From: Macrostomum hystrix
Lineage: Eukaryota > Animalia > Platyhelminthes
DNA: 64,000 nucleotides
Reading direction: 5' to 3'
NCBI GenBank assembly: GCA_950097015.1
Contig: CATNEN010000007.1
Location: 1,116,001 to 1,180,000, forward strand
Under the pieces are notes generated by a model, which worked only from the letters and a program-made list of their open reading frames with translations, made no database searches and was not told the DNA's origin. The number at the start of each line of letters is the position of its first letter. Position 1 is the first letter of the stretch. The position numbers and the translations under genes were made by a program. This document shows positions 47,760 to 61,149 of the stretch, one piece after another.

Positions 47760-48095
47760 GGTGGGTGAGTGGCAGAGCGGCTGACGCGTCTGCTTCTAGC
47801 GCCAAGGTCCCTGAGCTCGATTCCGCGGCGAGGCCACATTCATTTGGGGCGCAGCCGCGGAGAGAAGGCTTGGGGGCTTGTCGTACGCCATTGAGGGGGC
47901 CAACCTCCTAGGCACAGTGAAAGTGTATACACTGCCTACAGATCTGCGTACAGTATCTGGGTGCGTCCAGTACTCAGGAGTCAGAAGAATGAACAGAATC
48001 GCCTTCTCGCTGGCAGCGGGTCGACTGTCACTGAATGATTTGCCAGTGCCTGCAGCCCTCCTCTAAATATTACTATATTCTAATATTTTTATGCT
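47760..48095 (+). mobile_element. tRNA-derived SINE family A copy with 8-bp TSD
   Basis: A-box TGGCAGAGCGG, B-box GAGCTCGATTCC, and the same body as the other copies. CTGTGAAT at 47752-47759 and 48096-48103. Confidence 0.8.
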
Positions 48096-48802
48096 CTGTG
48101 AATCTGCATGTCCGATGTAATAAGATCTGTCTGTTATAACCCAGAAAAGGGTATGTTAACTACAGCATTGCCATAAAAAATGTAAAACACAACCCTAGGT
48201 CTCCAGTAAGAGAGCAAAAATGTTTCTGGGATTCCGTGAAAACAAAAACAAGCTGAAACAGAATTCTTTGCCTGCAACATTTCTGTTCTGTTCTGTGAGA
48301 CTTTATTTAGCTAGGCAACGATTTCTCTCAGCTACACTGCATGGTCTGCGACAAAAGACAAGTTTGTGGTGAATGAGAATTGCATGAGTTCACCGTAGTT
48401 GAATGAACCGACGCGGTAGCTCAACAGTGGCGGAAAGTCACGTCCAAAACAAAAAAATGGCATCTTCCCAACCAGGATATAACTGGTCCTCCCCAGCCAC
48501 TTCCCGGGTCCCATCGCACCTGCCACATTTGAATGAAAAAATAATATAATAGCATCTTCCCAACCATGCTTTTATGCTTCTTCCGGTCGGGGAGAGGCCG
48601 ATCTCCCGCAGAGAATGAGATTGGTCCCTCTCCTCCGCCCCATTTTCCGCTTCCTACCTCATGCGATCATTCTGTGCTGTCCAATCTAAATGCTGGCCCT
48701 GAAAAATAAAAGTGAGCAGTCACAATGCCTTCCAGATTGTGATTTACAGAGGCTGGTTCCACTCCCGTTCAGTTCAACTTCTGCATTGGCAGCTGTTCCA
48801 GC

Positions 48803-50882
48803 ATGCTGTTGCGTTTTCTCCTTCTACTCGCGCTTGTGTCGCTGCCGGCCGCTCAGCAGCCGGTGGCTGTTGTTGACGAGCTGCAGGTGTGCAGTCCTGG
48901 CTGCTCACCTGGCGGCTGCAAGTGCGATCGGCTATGCCACCACCTGGGTGACTGCTGCACCGCAGCTGATAACGAGCTGCCATCGGCAATAGCGGAGGCT
49001 AACTGCATCGATGCCAGATCCTTCATCCTTCTCGACAGCAAAGGCGTGCGGCGTCCAGTTGCGCCAGCCGAGTCGCCGCCGCTCAGTCTAGACGGTCAGC
49101 TTGGCATCGGCATCGCGTCCGGCTGTCCGGGGTCGGCAAATTCGGCACAGAGACGCCTGTGCTTCGAATCGGCCTTCCTGCCCGTGACTGCGGAGGATTT
49201 GATCTTCCGCAGTGCAGCTTGCGCTGCCTGCCACGGCCTGAGCAGCCATCGCCATCTGCCTGGACGATTAGTCTGCGACTCTGTCGCCAGCGATGCAGCA
49301 TTTCAGCTGGCGCTGCTGACGCCACCCTCCGGCTGCCGTCTGGAGTTCGTCCTGCAGTCGTCCATGTCTGCCAGCGTCAGGTTCTGCTGGAGACGGCGGC
49401 CTGTGTCTGACTGCCATCTGGCAGAGCCCGAACTGCCTCTCGCCTCTGCGGAGCTGAAGCGCCAGAGGGCCGACTTCGAACGGCAATGTCGCAGCGGCGC
49501 CTTCGATCCGGTGTTGGACGGCCGACTGGCTGCTCAAGACGACTCCGGAGCTGCTGCATCGGTAGCTGCTGCCGGAGTCTACCGAAATCTGCACTGCGCC
49601 CTGTGCCATCGGGTCAGCCTGCCGTTGCGGCCGCCAGCGAGCTGCCAGCCTGCTGGCCCAGCGCTTGCTGCCGCGGCCAGCGTCACCCGGCTGTTTTCGG
49701 CTGAAGAAGCGCGTCAGGCAGCTGCGGAGGCGGCTGTGCGCAGCCTCTGCAACCAGTCTGCTGCGAAGCAGGTTGACTTCAGCTGGCGGGATGTTCGGTG
49801 AGTTGTCATTGTTTAGTACTCGTAGCTCATTCTGATAGGCAGCAAATTCTGCACAAATTATGTACAGAGCTTTGAGAATACTTGCTTTGATGGCCGTCAG
49901 GTAGATTTAATCGCCAGTCATCGGAAATAAATTTCATTCCTCAGTATTGTCATACCGATTATCATTCCGCCACACCTGCAAAATTAACCATTTATCAGTT
50001 GGGTATAACTGAAGCAACAGGGAATTTCCTATCTAAGCTCAATGGACTCAAATTGCTTCCTATTTGGCTGTGATTTGAGCTCTCGACCTCTCTGTGAGAA
50101 GTCCAAAGATTTTGTAGCTAGCTCCTTATAGAAAGGTGTTCTTTAATGGTGAGGCTCTAAATTGATTGTCCAAGATCACATGATAGTGAACTACTTTTAA
50201 ATCTATGATGAAAATAGGAAATGTTGCGATGCTTATTCTAGAAAGTCGCATGGCTCCGTATTTGCTCTGTTCCATCTTCTTTCACTGCCAGTCAATGCAG
50301 CACGCTAACACGAGGAGGCAGGAAACTCAAATAAAATGTTAGCTGCATTAGCAAAATTAAAATTCATGCAAATTGGATGAATATGAGAATGATTGTCCAT
50401 GTCTAAGCTGTGCTGCCCTGGGCAGCCTTAGCTACCCATCTAGTAATCCAATACAATCTAGCCACTAATCAGCTTTGACATGCTCCGGCATACAAGCGTT
50501 AAACTGAGCAGGCAGTTTGTAAGTTTTTAAACTTATTTTTATGCACTATAATACGCTCGTGACTTTTGTGTTTCTGTAACAACGCTGAGGTTGTAGCCTA
50601 GTGGTTAGGGCGTCGGACTCACGAATTAATGGTCGGGGGTTCGATTCCCGACTCCACTGGAACAATTTGCGTCCTTTAGCAAGACACTTAACTCTGCATT
50701 GCTTCAGTTCACCCAGCTGTTAAATGGGTACCAGCATCAGCTGGGATAATTGAAGGTGGGTGTGGCGTCCCCCCAGTCCGTGGACTGAACAGCTGTACGC
50801 AGCCTTCAGATGCGCCACGCATTAGCTGCGGCTGTGCTGTCGGCTGCACATCTGACCCAATTGGGGCAGGTGTAATCAATTA

Positions 50883-50919
<37 letters not shown>

Positions 50920-52458
50920 CAACGCTGCAACGAGCTCGATATTGGTCGAATAAGTATATTTGATAGTTCTTTCGGAGCACATGCTAATGTTATATAAAAA
51001 ATTGAACAAAATTATTCACTCGATTCTCAGAACTCAATAGATTTCTCGAAGATACCCCTGTCTAAATTCCAGTCAGGATAAATTGCCAGTTATCTTCGTC
51101 TATATCAGCGATTGCCAGGTTCATGATAAGCAGCATGCAGGTACATCTAATGGATCAGCGGATGGCATTGTCAAGGCTGCGTCCTGACCTCAGTAGAAAA
51201 TAACGGTGATCCACGTCGGGAATTAAAAAAAACTCTTCAGACCCCGTTTCAGTCTGGCTATGACTTTTGCCACCGACTTCCCGACCAGAATCGTTGAATA
51301 TCTCGACTGTGATTCCGGAAGTTATTTCATCGGATAGAGCGGAAAATTCTAGTCGGATTTTCATTGCGATTGGTCGCATGTTTTAGGAGATACAGAAAAA
51401 AAGAAAAATGTGGGAATTTAAAAGAAGTAATTTCCCATTTCTTTTGCAAAACAGGTAGTTAATTACATTTCAGTAAATTCATTCTCTATAAAATTGCAAT
51501 TTCCTTTCTCCAAAAACTCCCCACCCGCAGATGTCCTGCTACAGCATCTTCCGAGAAGTCGTTGAACGCTACTCACTCACGTGGCAGCTTCAGCGATGAC
51601 ATTCGACCCGGACTGCAGGCCGCCGCACTGCTGCTCACCTGCGCCACCTGTCTGCCTCAACTATACCTGGCCTTACAAGGGTGTCGTTGCCAGGCGTTGC
51701 CACCGATTGAAAGAAAAAATGCAACCCCACTGCTACTGAGTTTGCACTGTGGCGGTCTGGCCGTCCAGATGATTTCCGAGCTGTCACTGGCTGTTGCGCT
51801 GCCATCATCGCCTACGAAAGTTTCTTCTGTGGCAGCGATAGCTTGGCGCACAGCAATGATCGTTCAGTCGGCGGGACTGTCGATGCAGATGCTGGCATTG
51901 TGTAGCTCCGAAATCGCCGCTGGAGCTGGCACAGGAGTCGTCACAGCCGCTGTCTGGCTCGGCAGCATCGGAGTCTCTGGCGTTGCCGGGCTTCTGGATG
52001 TCGCCTCCGGATTTGTCGAGGAGTCATCGCTGCTAGGTAGTGCAGCGGCTACAATCGCCCAGCTGTCGATCTGGACGCTGTTAATCGCCATCGCCGTTGG
52101 CATCCTCGTCCATTTAATACGCTGCAGACGTCATGCATCAGTGACGGCTTTGTTCACTAGGCGCACTTTCACAAAACTGCTGGCACTTTTCGCCATTAGG
52201 ACCGCTGCAGCAGCCGCCTACGCTTCTGGCGTTGCCACCGCAGCTGCCGTCGCTCTTGCTTGCCTCGTTGACTTTGCTCGATCGGCCTGCCTGCTGACGC
52301 TGGTTGTCGCGACGGTTCCCGCGAGCGACTTCGACACCAACACCTCGAGACGTTTGCTTCGCGTTCGACGGCAACTTCGAGCTGGTTCATCCAGCAAGTC
52401 GTCATCGTCAGCGACATCGAGCAGCTCAATTGCCCCTGGAATGGCCACTTTTGTTTGA
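48803..52458 (+). CDS. Somatomedin-B/Cys-rich ectodomain multi-pass membrane protein (adhesion/methuselah-type GPCR-like), ~640 aa
   Basis: Exons 48803-49797 and 51531-52458 join in phase 2 (CG|A). Signal peptide MLLRFLLLLALVSLPAAQQ; SMB-like CSPGGCKCDRLCHHLGDCC; FRSAACAACH and YRNLHCALCH motifs; about 7 hydrophobic segments in exon 2. Confidence 0.72.
50588..50918 (+). mobile_element. tRNA-headed CORE-like SINE (family B) with 9-bp TSD, in the receptor gene intron
   Basis: A-box TAGCCTAGTGG, B-box GGTTCGATTCC, MIR/CORE-like GTCCTTTAGCAAGACACTTAAC...CTGTTAAATGGG, (TTA)n tail. ACAACGCTG at 50579-50587 and 50919-50927. Confidence 0.85.
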
Positions 52459-53729
52459 CGCTTGACTCGAAATGTAAAGCACGGAATAAGGAGAAAAGAG
52501 GAAGTATGTATTCTCCGTTTCTTCGAGATTGCATTTAGAAAGAAAATATAGTAGCAATTGAGAATAGCTTGAGTATATGGATGCTTACCGGGCTAAATGA
52601 CGCACTGTTGCACTGGGCCTACGGGGGCTGTACAACTGGGCCCAACTGGTCTCAGAGCGATTTCTATTTTCATCTATCTATGACGTAAATATTCTCTAGT
52701 TGTAAAAGTTTATCCGTTTCTTTTCTTTATTTTTTCCTCTGCGTCTCTTCAACTGCGTCATTTCGTTCCTATAAAGGTAGTAAATACTTCGTATACAAGC
52801 GAGCTTGAGTCCAACTCACAATGGCACTTCTCAACTCATGGCTGGAGAATTTTTAACAAAAGAGTTTCTATTGTGCGCTAAAGAGCTCAAAAGTAAGATG
52901 CGACCTCTAAAAGAATGCTCTGGCCAATAGGGATTGGCTACTCACATTCCGTAGAAGAGATTCTACAGGCAATTGTACTCGTACATCGCTCCATAGCTGC
53001 TATTGCTCTGTGCCGCTAGCCGTTTACACCTTGTCTAAATAAAAATGAGAATTAAAAATTGAAGCTTTAGTTAGCTGCACTGCTTGAAAAAATAATGATA
53101 TTTAATAGCGACAAGCATTGCTGCCTTACTAGCTTGCTGAAACTACTCAACTGCTCACAGTGAGCAGGCCGCTACCCCTGCATTGGAAGAGTAGAAACTA
53201 ATTGAAAGCTATATTTAAGTACGATGGCAACTGGTATGATATGACCTGTGAAATCTATTTGATACCTTTCATTCATATTGATTCACAGGAATAAGTGTAT
53301 CCCCGCGTCGAATTAACGACAGGGTCTTTAGTATTTCATCATCGGTAAGTCTATGCTATATTCCATGAGTAGATTTCGGAATTCTATCATTCTAGTCTGA
53401 ATTCTCGACAAGGATTTAGAGCACAGAGCTAGTCGCAGAATGAAGGAGTTAAAACAAATACTTTAATCATAGAATTTCACAATAATTGTTTTTAAATTAT
53501 TGTAACATCCTAGGGCAACTGATACGAGATGCAAGATAATTGAGGCTGATAGTATATGGAATGAGGACCTAAGTATCATAAAACTTATAAGCACAGAGTC
53601 GGTTTGTTAATATCCACAATAATGCTGTGATAATTCACGCAAAGTTTTGATGTCTTTCAATGACACTAAACGAAAATATTGCTTCTAGGCCACTCAAAGG
53701 GACGCAACAGGAGAGCGAGACTTTACGAG

Positions 53730-56700
53730 ATGTCTGATGAGAGACTGAATGAACACTCAGTGACAGACCAGCTTGCTGGTGATACCTGGCAAGATGAATT
53801 ATTCGAAGCCATTGCGAGCAAGAACTGGCGCCAAATTATTGAATGGTGTCGGGGTATTACTCCAGGAAGAACTGCAACTGAGGTCGAAGAGATTCTGAGG
53901 GACTTAAGAAATGCTGAATCAAACACAGTGTTTCACGCAGCTGCAGAATCTCTCTGTGATAAAACCCTATTTAGGGAATTGCTGGGTCTGGTAGAAAGCC
54001 CTGAAAGATGCTTATTACAGACGAATAACCACGGAGTAGCACCAATCCACCTGGCATGCCAACATCAAAGAGCCTCTATATTTTCTATGCTTACGGATAA
54101 GGCACTGACTGATGATCCAAGTCTGATAGAGACATTGATGGACAACAACGGAAACACAGTTCTTCACTACGCGGCTCGGAATCAGCAGGACGAATCTATA
54201 ATACTCAGCCTGTGGAAAAAATCTAGCCTAAAGGTGAAGGGCCTTCTTATTGAAAACAAGAATAAGGTGACGGCACTTCACCTTGCAGGCCAGTATAAAA
54301 GTAGATCTACCGTTCTTAAGCTAGTGGACAATGTTGTTTCTTTGAAAGAAGCCCGAGACAGCAATGGCAACACAGTGCTTCACTATGCGGCTAGGAATCG
54401 TCGAGACGAATCGATCGCAGCCAGTCTGCTACAGAAGTTTAAGAATCTGGCAAATGAGTTGCTCAGGAAAAACCAAATGGGTCTGAACCCCATTCACATT
54501 ATGTTTCAGCAGCAAAGTGCTCGCCATTTTGAACATTCCGTCAACCAAATGCCAGATTTTCGCTTTAAAGAGCCTAGCGCTCAAGGCAACACTATCGCAC
54601 ACTTTGCCGCACGCCATTCTGTTAGAAATTTGAATTTGGCTGTAGAAACTCTCGGAGTGGAAAGCCTGAAATCACAGAATAACTCTGGCCAGACACCTGC
54701 TCATGTGCTGCTGCGGCAGTTTTGGAGAACAGAAAATGTTCTAGAATTTTTTATCGCGAAAAAAGACATAATTAACTTCAAACTCACTGACAATAACCAA
54801 AAAACCTTGCTTCATTCTCTTTTCGAAAACCCAAGTTTGGGACTAGCTCATGCGAAGCTAGACGAATTCGTTGCGTTAGTGAGGTTTTTGGTCGACTTTG
54901 TGGACGTACAGCTTGAGAATACCCTCCACGAAAACTTACTGCATTCGTCCAAGCTACAGCCCAAAGTCTTGCATGCCATTCTTGATCGGCTCTTGGCGTT
55001 CGACTCCTGTAAGAGGATTCTCTCTGCCGCGCAGTACAACTCGCAGAGGCTTCATGTCATCCACGCACTCTCCAGAAGGTGCGATTTGAAGGAAGTGATT
55101 GGTCCGCTTTCCAAGCTTTCTCGGATGACTCAATCTGAGCTCATAAATCTCCGAGTGGCAGACGGTTCCTACGCAGGTGCCACGTGTCTTCACTTTGCGT
55201 GCGAGGCAGGTCATGAAGCAAACATTCTCTACCTTCTGGACAGCGGTCTCGTGTATTCATTTGAGACATGCGACGGCCGATCCTGCATCGACTTTGCCTT
55301 CGACAATGGAAAGTCTGACATTGTTTGTCGATTGGCGTCGGAATTTCAGATGTCTGAAATCGATCTGCTGCGACTGATTGATCCATCGCGGAGAAGTCTC
55401 AAACTCCCCAGCGTGGAATGTGCTCAAAGAAAGCTGGCTCTGCTTACAGGTGAAATGGTCATTGGCATGGCCGAGCTGGAAGTTCGCTTCATTGAAGGTG
55501 AAAATGAGCAGGAAGAACAAGGAGATCTCTTTTTGTCTGCTACAAGTGCAAACATGTCATTGAAGTCTTGGGCATACACAGCCGCACTATACACGGCCTT
55601 CTTACAAGACTCGAATGAAATTTTTCGAAGCGCCATCCGTCTTCGCTTGCTGAACTGTGAAGAAGAGAAGCGACTCTGTCAGTTTGTTGCACAAAAACTG
55701 AAAGATGCCGAGGATTCAAATAGACCCCTTCAGTGGATGAAAAGTCTCGAGCCAAATGGCTATCAAGAGCTTCGTAGAACAATTTCTAGCGGATCGTCTT
55801 CGTTTTGCATGTTGGAACTGGCAGTTCGACTGGACTGCTTCAACATTCTCACTGACTTGATACTCTCAAGACAGTTCGATATTATTCCGTTTGCACTGAT
55901 CGCCATTATCAGTCTTGAATCAATGACAAAACAGAAATATGAATTGAGGAAGAAACTAAAGCAGAAAATTTTGGTGATCCTGGCAACATGCCTTGATGAC
56001 TTCATTGTGAATGCCACTTCAGAGGAGCGAAAGTGCTTGTTTCGCTACTTAGTAGGAGAAATGAAAATTGACAAAACTGAATTGACATCATCCTATGGTA
56101 TTCTAGATGATCAATCTGATTCTGCTTCAGGCAATCATCAAGAGAAAACTATCGCTGATAAGGCTGTAGGCCCGAAGTTTCAATATCGAATATCAGACGA
56201 AGGCCTGTCCGAGGAACGGACAGTCGTTGAATTGATTGCAGACGCAGCTTGTGAAAAACTCTTTGCAACAGACTGTCTGTTTGAATTAAGTAGTAACTAT
56301 TGTTCATCGCCTCGCCATGATAGTGTTTATCATTCGCTCAAAATTTCTCCGATTTATAAATACTTAATTTTTGTTTGCCTTTCCTTTACTACTTTTTACC
56401 TTCTGCTGGCCATGTACATAATTTACATTCAGATACCTGCGGCAGCAAGTGAGGTCTCGGCTGGCAGATGGGTGATGATTGTAATTCTAGTTCTATACTC
56501 AATTTCGTTCGCTTTACAAGAAGTTGACAACTTCTACAGGCAATTAAGCTCGAAGAAACTTCAAGTCAGAATCTTAATAACCCAAAATCAGCTTGTTTCA
56601 ATGGTTAGCGGCAAAATGATTGGTAATGCATGGGTAAAATGTTTGCAATATTCAGCAGAGTTTTTCCTGGGGTTTTTAAACATATTACCTAAAGTTTCGG

Positions 56701-57817
56701 CGCATGTCACACTGTGGGCTGGAGTTTTACTTGACTTGGTTGCCATTTTTAGCGACAACCCGAAACTCTGCTACGACAGTCAGGTGGTACTCAGTGCTTC
56801 ACTTCTCCTTTGGAGCTTTCTGTACTTTGAACTCATCAAATTCTATCCGAGACTCAGCAATACGATGGCAATGCTCGTCAGTTTGATAAAGAAGGATCTG
56901 ATACCATTCTTGCTCATTATTTTCGGCTTGGCAATGCCGTTCGGAGTTTTCTTCTACAACCTGTTGTTTCCAGCGATCAATGCTCAAACTCAGCGTACGT
57001 TCACGTTCGGTTACTCCTCGTTGTTCCATGAGATGTACAAAATAGCGCTCAATATGATGTTCGGAATATTCGAAAAGGTTGACTATCAGAAAGCGAACTC
57101 CACCGACGCGAATTCAACAAACATGAAAGCTGGGGAGGTAGCCCACCCCATCGGACACTGGTGGTTTAACAACGTCCTGATATTTGTCTTCCTGACCTTC
57201 GTCAACATCGTAATGATAAACCTGCTGATTGCTCTGTTCAATCGAACTGTCGAAAGGATGGCAGTGAAAGAAAAAATGATATGGCAGAAAACTTTTTTTG
57301 ACGCATGTCAGGATTACGAGCACATCAGCTGTATTCCTGCACCGTTCTCCATCATCTACTACCTGAAAAAGTGGCGAAAACCCAAGCCAAGCCTCAGCAC
57401 GAATTCAAAAAACGTAAGCCCGTGCAGATGCTCACAGTCTGTTTGAACATTTTATATCCCATGTTCGCATATCATTTGTACTTTCTGCATTTTCCTTCCT
57501 AGGTTCGAGCCTGGTGGTCAGTCGACGGCCCAGTCAACGACATCCCGGAAGATTATCTGAAGTTCCTGGAGTTCCAGGCCCGCAGGCTCCGAGTGCTTCG
57601 ACCGAAGCTTCTGCAGGCGGTGCCCCAGCACCAGGGTGACCTGAAGGAGCTGAAGGGCCTCGCGGAGTGTCTGGTGGAGACCCAGGGCGAGAGCGAGATT
57701 GCAATCAACAGTCAGCGAGAACTGCTGCAGCTGATGCAGGAGAATCAGCAGAAACAGGCGGAGCAGTTGCAGAGCGTCATCCAGATACTCAACGACCAAG
57801 ACCGGCGGTCGACCTAA
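53730..57817 (+). CDS. Ankyrin-repeat TRP cation channel
   Basis: Exons 53730-57413 (acceptor at 53688, 41 nt upstream of the ATG) and 57503-57817, phase 0. About 13 ankyrin-like motifs (NGNTVLHYAAR twice, GQTPAH, GATCLHFAC); TM block; S6/TRP-box MINLLIALFNRTVERMAVKEKMIWQK; DYEHISCIPAPFSII; C-terminal coiled coil. Confidence 0.88.
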
Positions 57818-57924
57818 CGATCGGGCCGCCTTCCGTCAATTTTATTCGAGGGCTGTTGATGTAATCAAATCGCGAGAATATTTTTAATGATAAACGATAA
57901 TTTTCTATCAAATTGAGAGTACTT

Positions 57925-59452
57925 GGTACGATGTTGATAGTGTGATTGAATCACAAAGTACTTGGTTCGCTGTTGATAGTGTAATTGAATCATAAAGTAC
58001 TTGGTTCGATGTTGATAGTGTGATTGGATCACAAAGCACTTGGTTCGATGTTGATAGTGTGATTGAATCAGAAAGACTCGGTTCGATGTTGATAGTGTGA
58101 TTGAATCACAAAGTACTTGGTTCGATGTTGATAGTGTGATTGAATCACAAAGTACTTGGTTCGATGTTGATAGTGTGATTGAATCACAAAGCACTTGGTT
58201 CGATGTTGATAGTGTGATTGAATCACAAAGCACTTGGTTCGATGTTGATAGTGTAATTGAATCATAAAGTACTTGGTTCAATGTTGATAGTGTGATTGAA
58301 TCACAAATCACTTGGTTCGATGTTGATAGTGTGATTGAATCACAAAGCACTTGGTTCGATGTTGATAGTGTAATTGAATCATAAAGTACTTGGTTCGATG
58401 TTGATAGTGTGATTGAATCACAAAGTACTTGGTTCGATGTTGATAGTGTGATTGAATCACAAAGCACTTGGTTCGATGTTGATAGTGTGATTGAATCACA
58501 AAGCACTCGGTTCGATGTTGATAGTGTGATTGAATCACAAAGTACTTGGTTCGATGTTGATAGTGTGATTGAATCACAAAGCACTTGGTTCGATGTTGAT
58601 AGTGTGATTGAATCACAAAGTACTTGGTTCGATGTTGATAGTGTGATTGAATCACAAAGCACTTGGTGCGATGTTGATAGTGTGATTGAATCACAAAGCA
58701 CTTGGTTCGATGTTGATAGTGTGATTGAATCACAAAGCACTTGGTTCGATGTTGATAGTGTGATTGAATCACAAAGCACTTGGTTCGATGTTGATAGTGT
58801 GATTGAATCACAAAGCACTTGGTTCGATGTTGATAGTGTGATTGAATCACAAAGCACTTGGTTCGATGTTGATAGTGTGATTGAATCACAAAGTACTTGG
58901 TTCGATGTTGATAGTGTGATTGAATCACAAAGCACTTGGTTCGATGTTGATAGTGTGATTGAATCAGAAAGACTCGGTTCGATGTTGACAGTGTGATTGA
59001 ATCACAAAGCACTTGGTTCGATGTTGATAGTGTGATTGAATCACAAAGCACATGGTTCGATGTTGATAGTGTGATTGAATCACAAAGCACATGGTTCGAT
59101 GTTGATAGTGTGATTGAATCACAAAGCACTTGGTTCGATGTTGATAGTGTGATTGAATCACAAAGCACTTGGTTCGATGTTGATAGTGTGATTGAATCAC
59201 AAAGCACATGGTTCGATGTTGATAGTGTGATTGGATCACAAAGCACTTGGTTCGATGTTGATAGTGTGATTGGATCACAAAGCACTTGGTTCGATGTTGA
59301 TAGTGTGATTGAATCACAAAGTACTTGGTTCGATGTTGATAGTGTGATTGAATCACAAAGCACTTGGTTCGATGTTGATAGTGTGATTGAATCACAAAGC
59401 ACTTGGTTCGATGTTGATAGTGTGATTGAATCACAAAGTACTTGGTTCGATG
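57925..59452. repeat. 39-bp minisatellite (CTTGGTTCGATGTTGATAGTGTGATTGAATCACAAAGCA)n
   Basis: About 39 copies directly downstream of the TRP stop codon. Confidence 0.97.
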
Positions 59453-59561
59453 TCCTTTTGCAAACCTTCTTACCCTCCTTTACTGTGCTAAAGCCAACTT
59501 ATAATTTATATTTTATACTTTTGCTTACCTTGAAACTCTAAATTTTCAGTGGAGTTACATT

Positions 59562-59735
59562 TGAAGCTTCAGTTCACCCAGCCGTTAATTGGGTGCCTGC
59601 ATTAGCTGGGGTATTTGAAAGTGAGTCTTGAGTGTCCATAGACTGAACAGCCGTAAGCAGCCTTCAGGTGCGCTGCACAATAGCTGCGGCTGTGCTGTCG
59701 GCTCCTCATCTGACACAATAGTGGCAGGGGGTAGT
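59562..59735 (+). mobile_element. 5'-truncated copy of SINE family B
   Basis: GCTTCAGTTCACCCAGC...GACTGAACAGC.GTA.GCAGCCTTCAG.TGCGC...TAGCTGCGGCTGTGCTGTCGGCT matches 50700-50860. Confidence 0.8.
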
Positions 59736-61149
59736 CAATCACTTTTATCATATTACCCGGAAAAAAACTTTTTTGCGCTACCCAATTGTTACAAATCAAT
59801 TGATTTCATTCAAACACTTACATTTTCTGCATCATTATGATAATTGTAATGTTTTTTAATCTACCTTTTATTTAGCCATGTGTACTTAGCTGGCAAGTTT
59901 TTTTCATGGCAAATTTTTTATTCATCTGCAGAGCAGTAAATTATCATTTTTTCTAAATGACAAAATATTTTGTATTGACAAAATATTTCAACACTCTACC
60001 TTCGCAATGGAGTATCAGCTAGTTTCTTTTCAGAAAAAAACTATTTGCTCGAATTAGACACTAAAACTCTAGATTTTAGCAAAATAAAGCTAGCGTATGA
60101 CAAGCGCAATACCGCCAAGGTCTTGAAAGTCCTGCTAAAGCAGCAGGCACACACTAAAACGCAGCTGCCATTCGACACAGCCGTGGCAGGTAAAGGAGAT
60201 TCGAGACGACACATGGAGACTACAACGAGGCCAACAGTCCTGCATGCGGCACGTGACTCAGCTACGACCACTGATGGGGTCCGGTGGCCCGCCTGCCAAC
60301 CCACCTGCCCGCCAGTCATCTGACCCGCCCGCCGGCCAGGACACTCGTCAGGATAACGATGCCGTTGCACTGAGACAACATCCAAGAGCTGCCCGTGACA
60401 AGCCGAATTGGCATTCACGTTTTGAAATTTCGGTACTATCGACTAGAAAAATTATATTTCTCAGTTTTTACGTTACCTGTGACTACCTGGGACAAAATCT
60501 CGGCCGAAGGAAAATCCTGGCAAGACTCGGTGCTGCCCTCGGCCCGCCAGCTGCTCATCGGACAGTTAAACAGCAGGCTGACAATGCTCAAAGTTAGGTG
60601 AGATAAACTACCCAGCCTTCTCACTGTTGCTTCTTGATCTCAGAGGCTGCTGCAATATGATCTTCTCATCTTCTTCGAAAACTCCAAGAGGGTTACATCC
60701 CATCTTCCAAATCAATGATCGCAGATCACTGCATATTGGGCTGTTCTGTCGATCTCTAGATTGTGCAGCTCCGAATTAAGATGCCAAGTCATACAGAAGC
60801 AATTCACCTGCTCTACGCCCTTAAGATGCACAATGCTTTCGCCCCCCTCACAGTTAGGAGCCTTCTCACTGCCTGATGCTACACTGCGCTATATTAATCT
60901 GGCTTTTTAATATGCTGCTCAGGTTTCTGAACAACCTCAGCAAGTTTACTGAGCCTTTCACTGGAATTAAGCAGCATTTACTGAAGCTTTCATTTTGTTT
61001 CCTATGAAAAACTGGAATACAATCCCCTTTTAGAAACAGTGTAACTGTTTGCCATTGGGGTCGAACTATCCAAACACGTGGTTCATTTAGTTTTTCTCTC
61101 CAGCTGCGGTATCTGGGGGTGAGAGCACAGAATTAAAGCCAGAGCATTG

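Noticed and set aside
50588-50660. tRNA gene (CAC anticodon-like)
   Set aside because: The anticodon stem does not pair, and the sequence continues into a SINE body with a TTA tail and TSD.
53224-53344. Small upstream coding exons for the TRP channel (ATGGCAACTG|GT; 53289-53344)
   Set aside because: Joining them to the acceptor at 53688 does not give the channel frame; at most they are UTR exons or a uORF.
57865-59541. Several 150-360 aa ORFs on both strands
   Set aside because: All derive from the non-coding 39-bp array downstream of the TRP stop codon.
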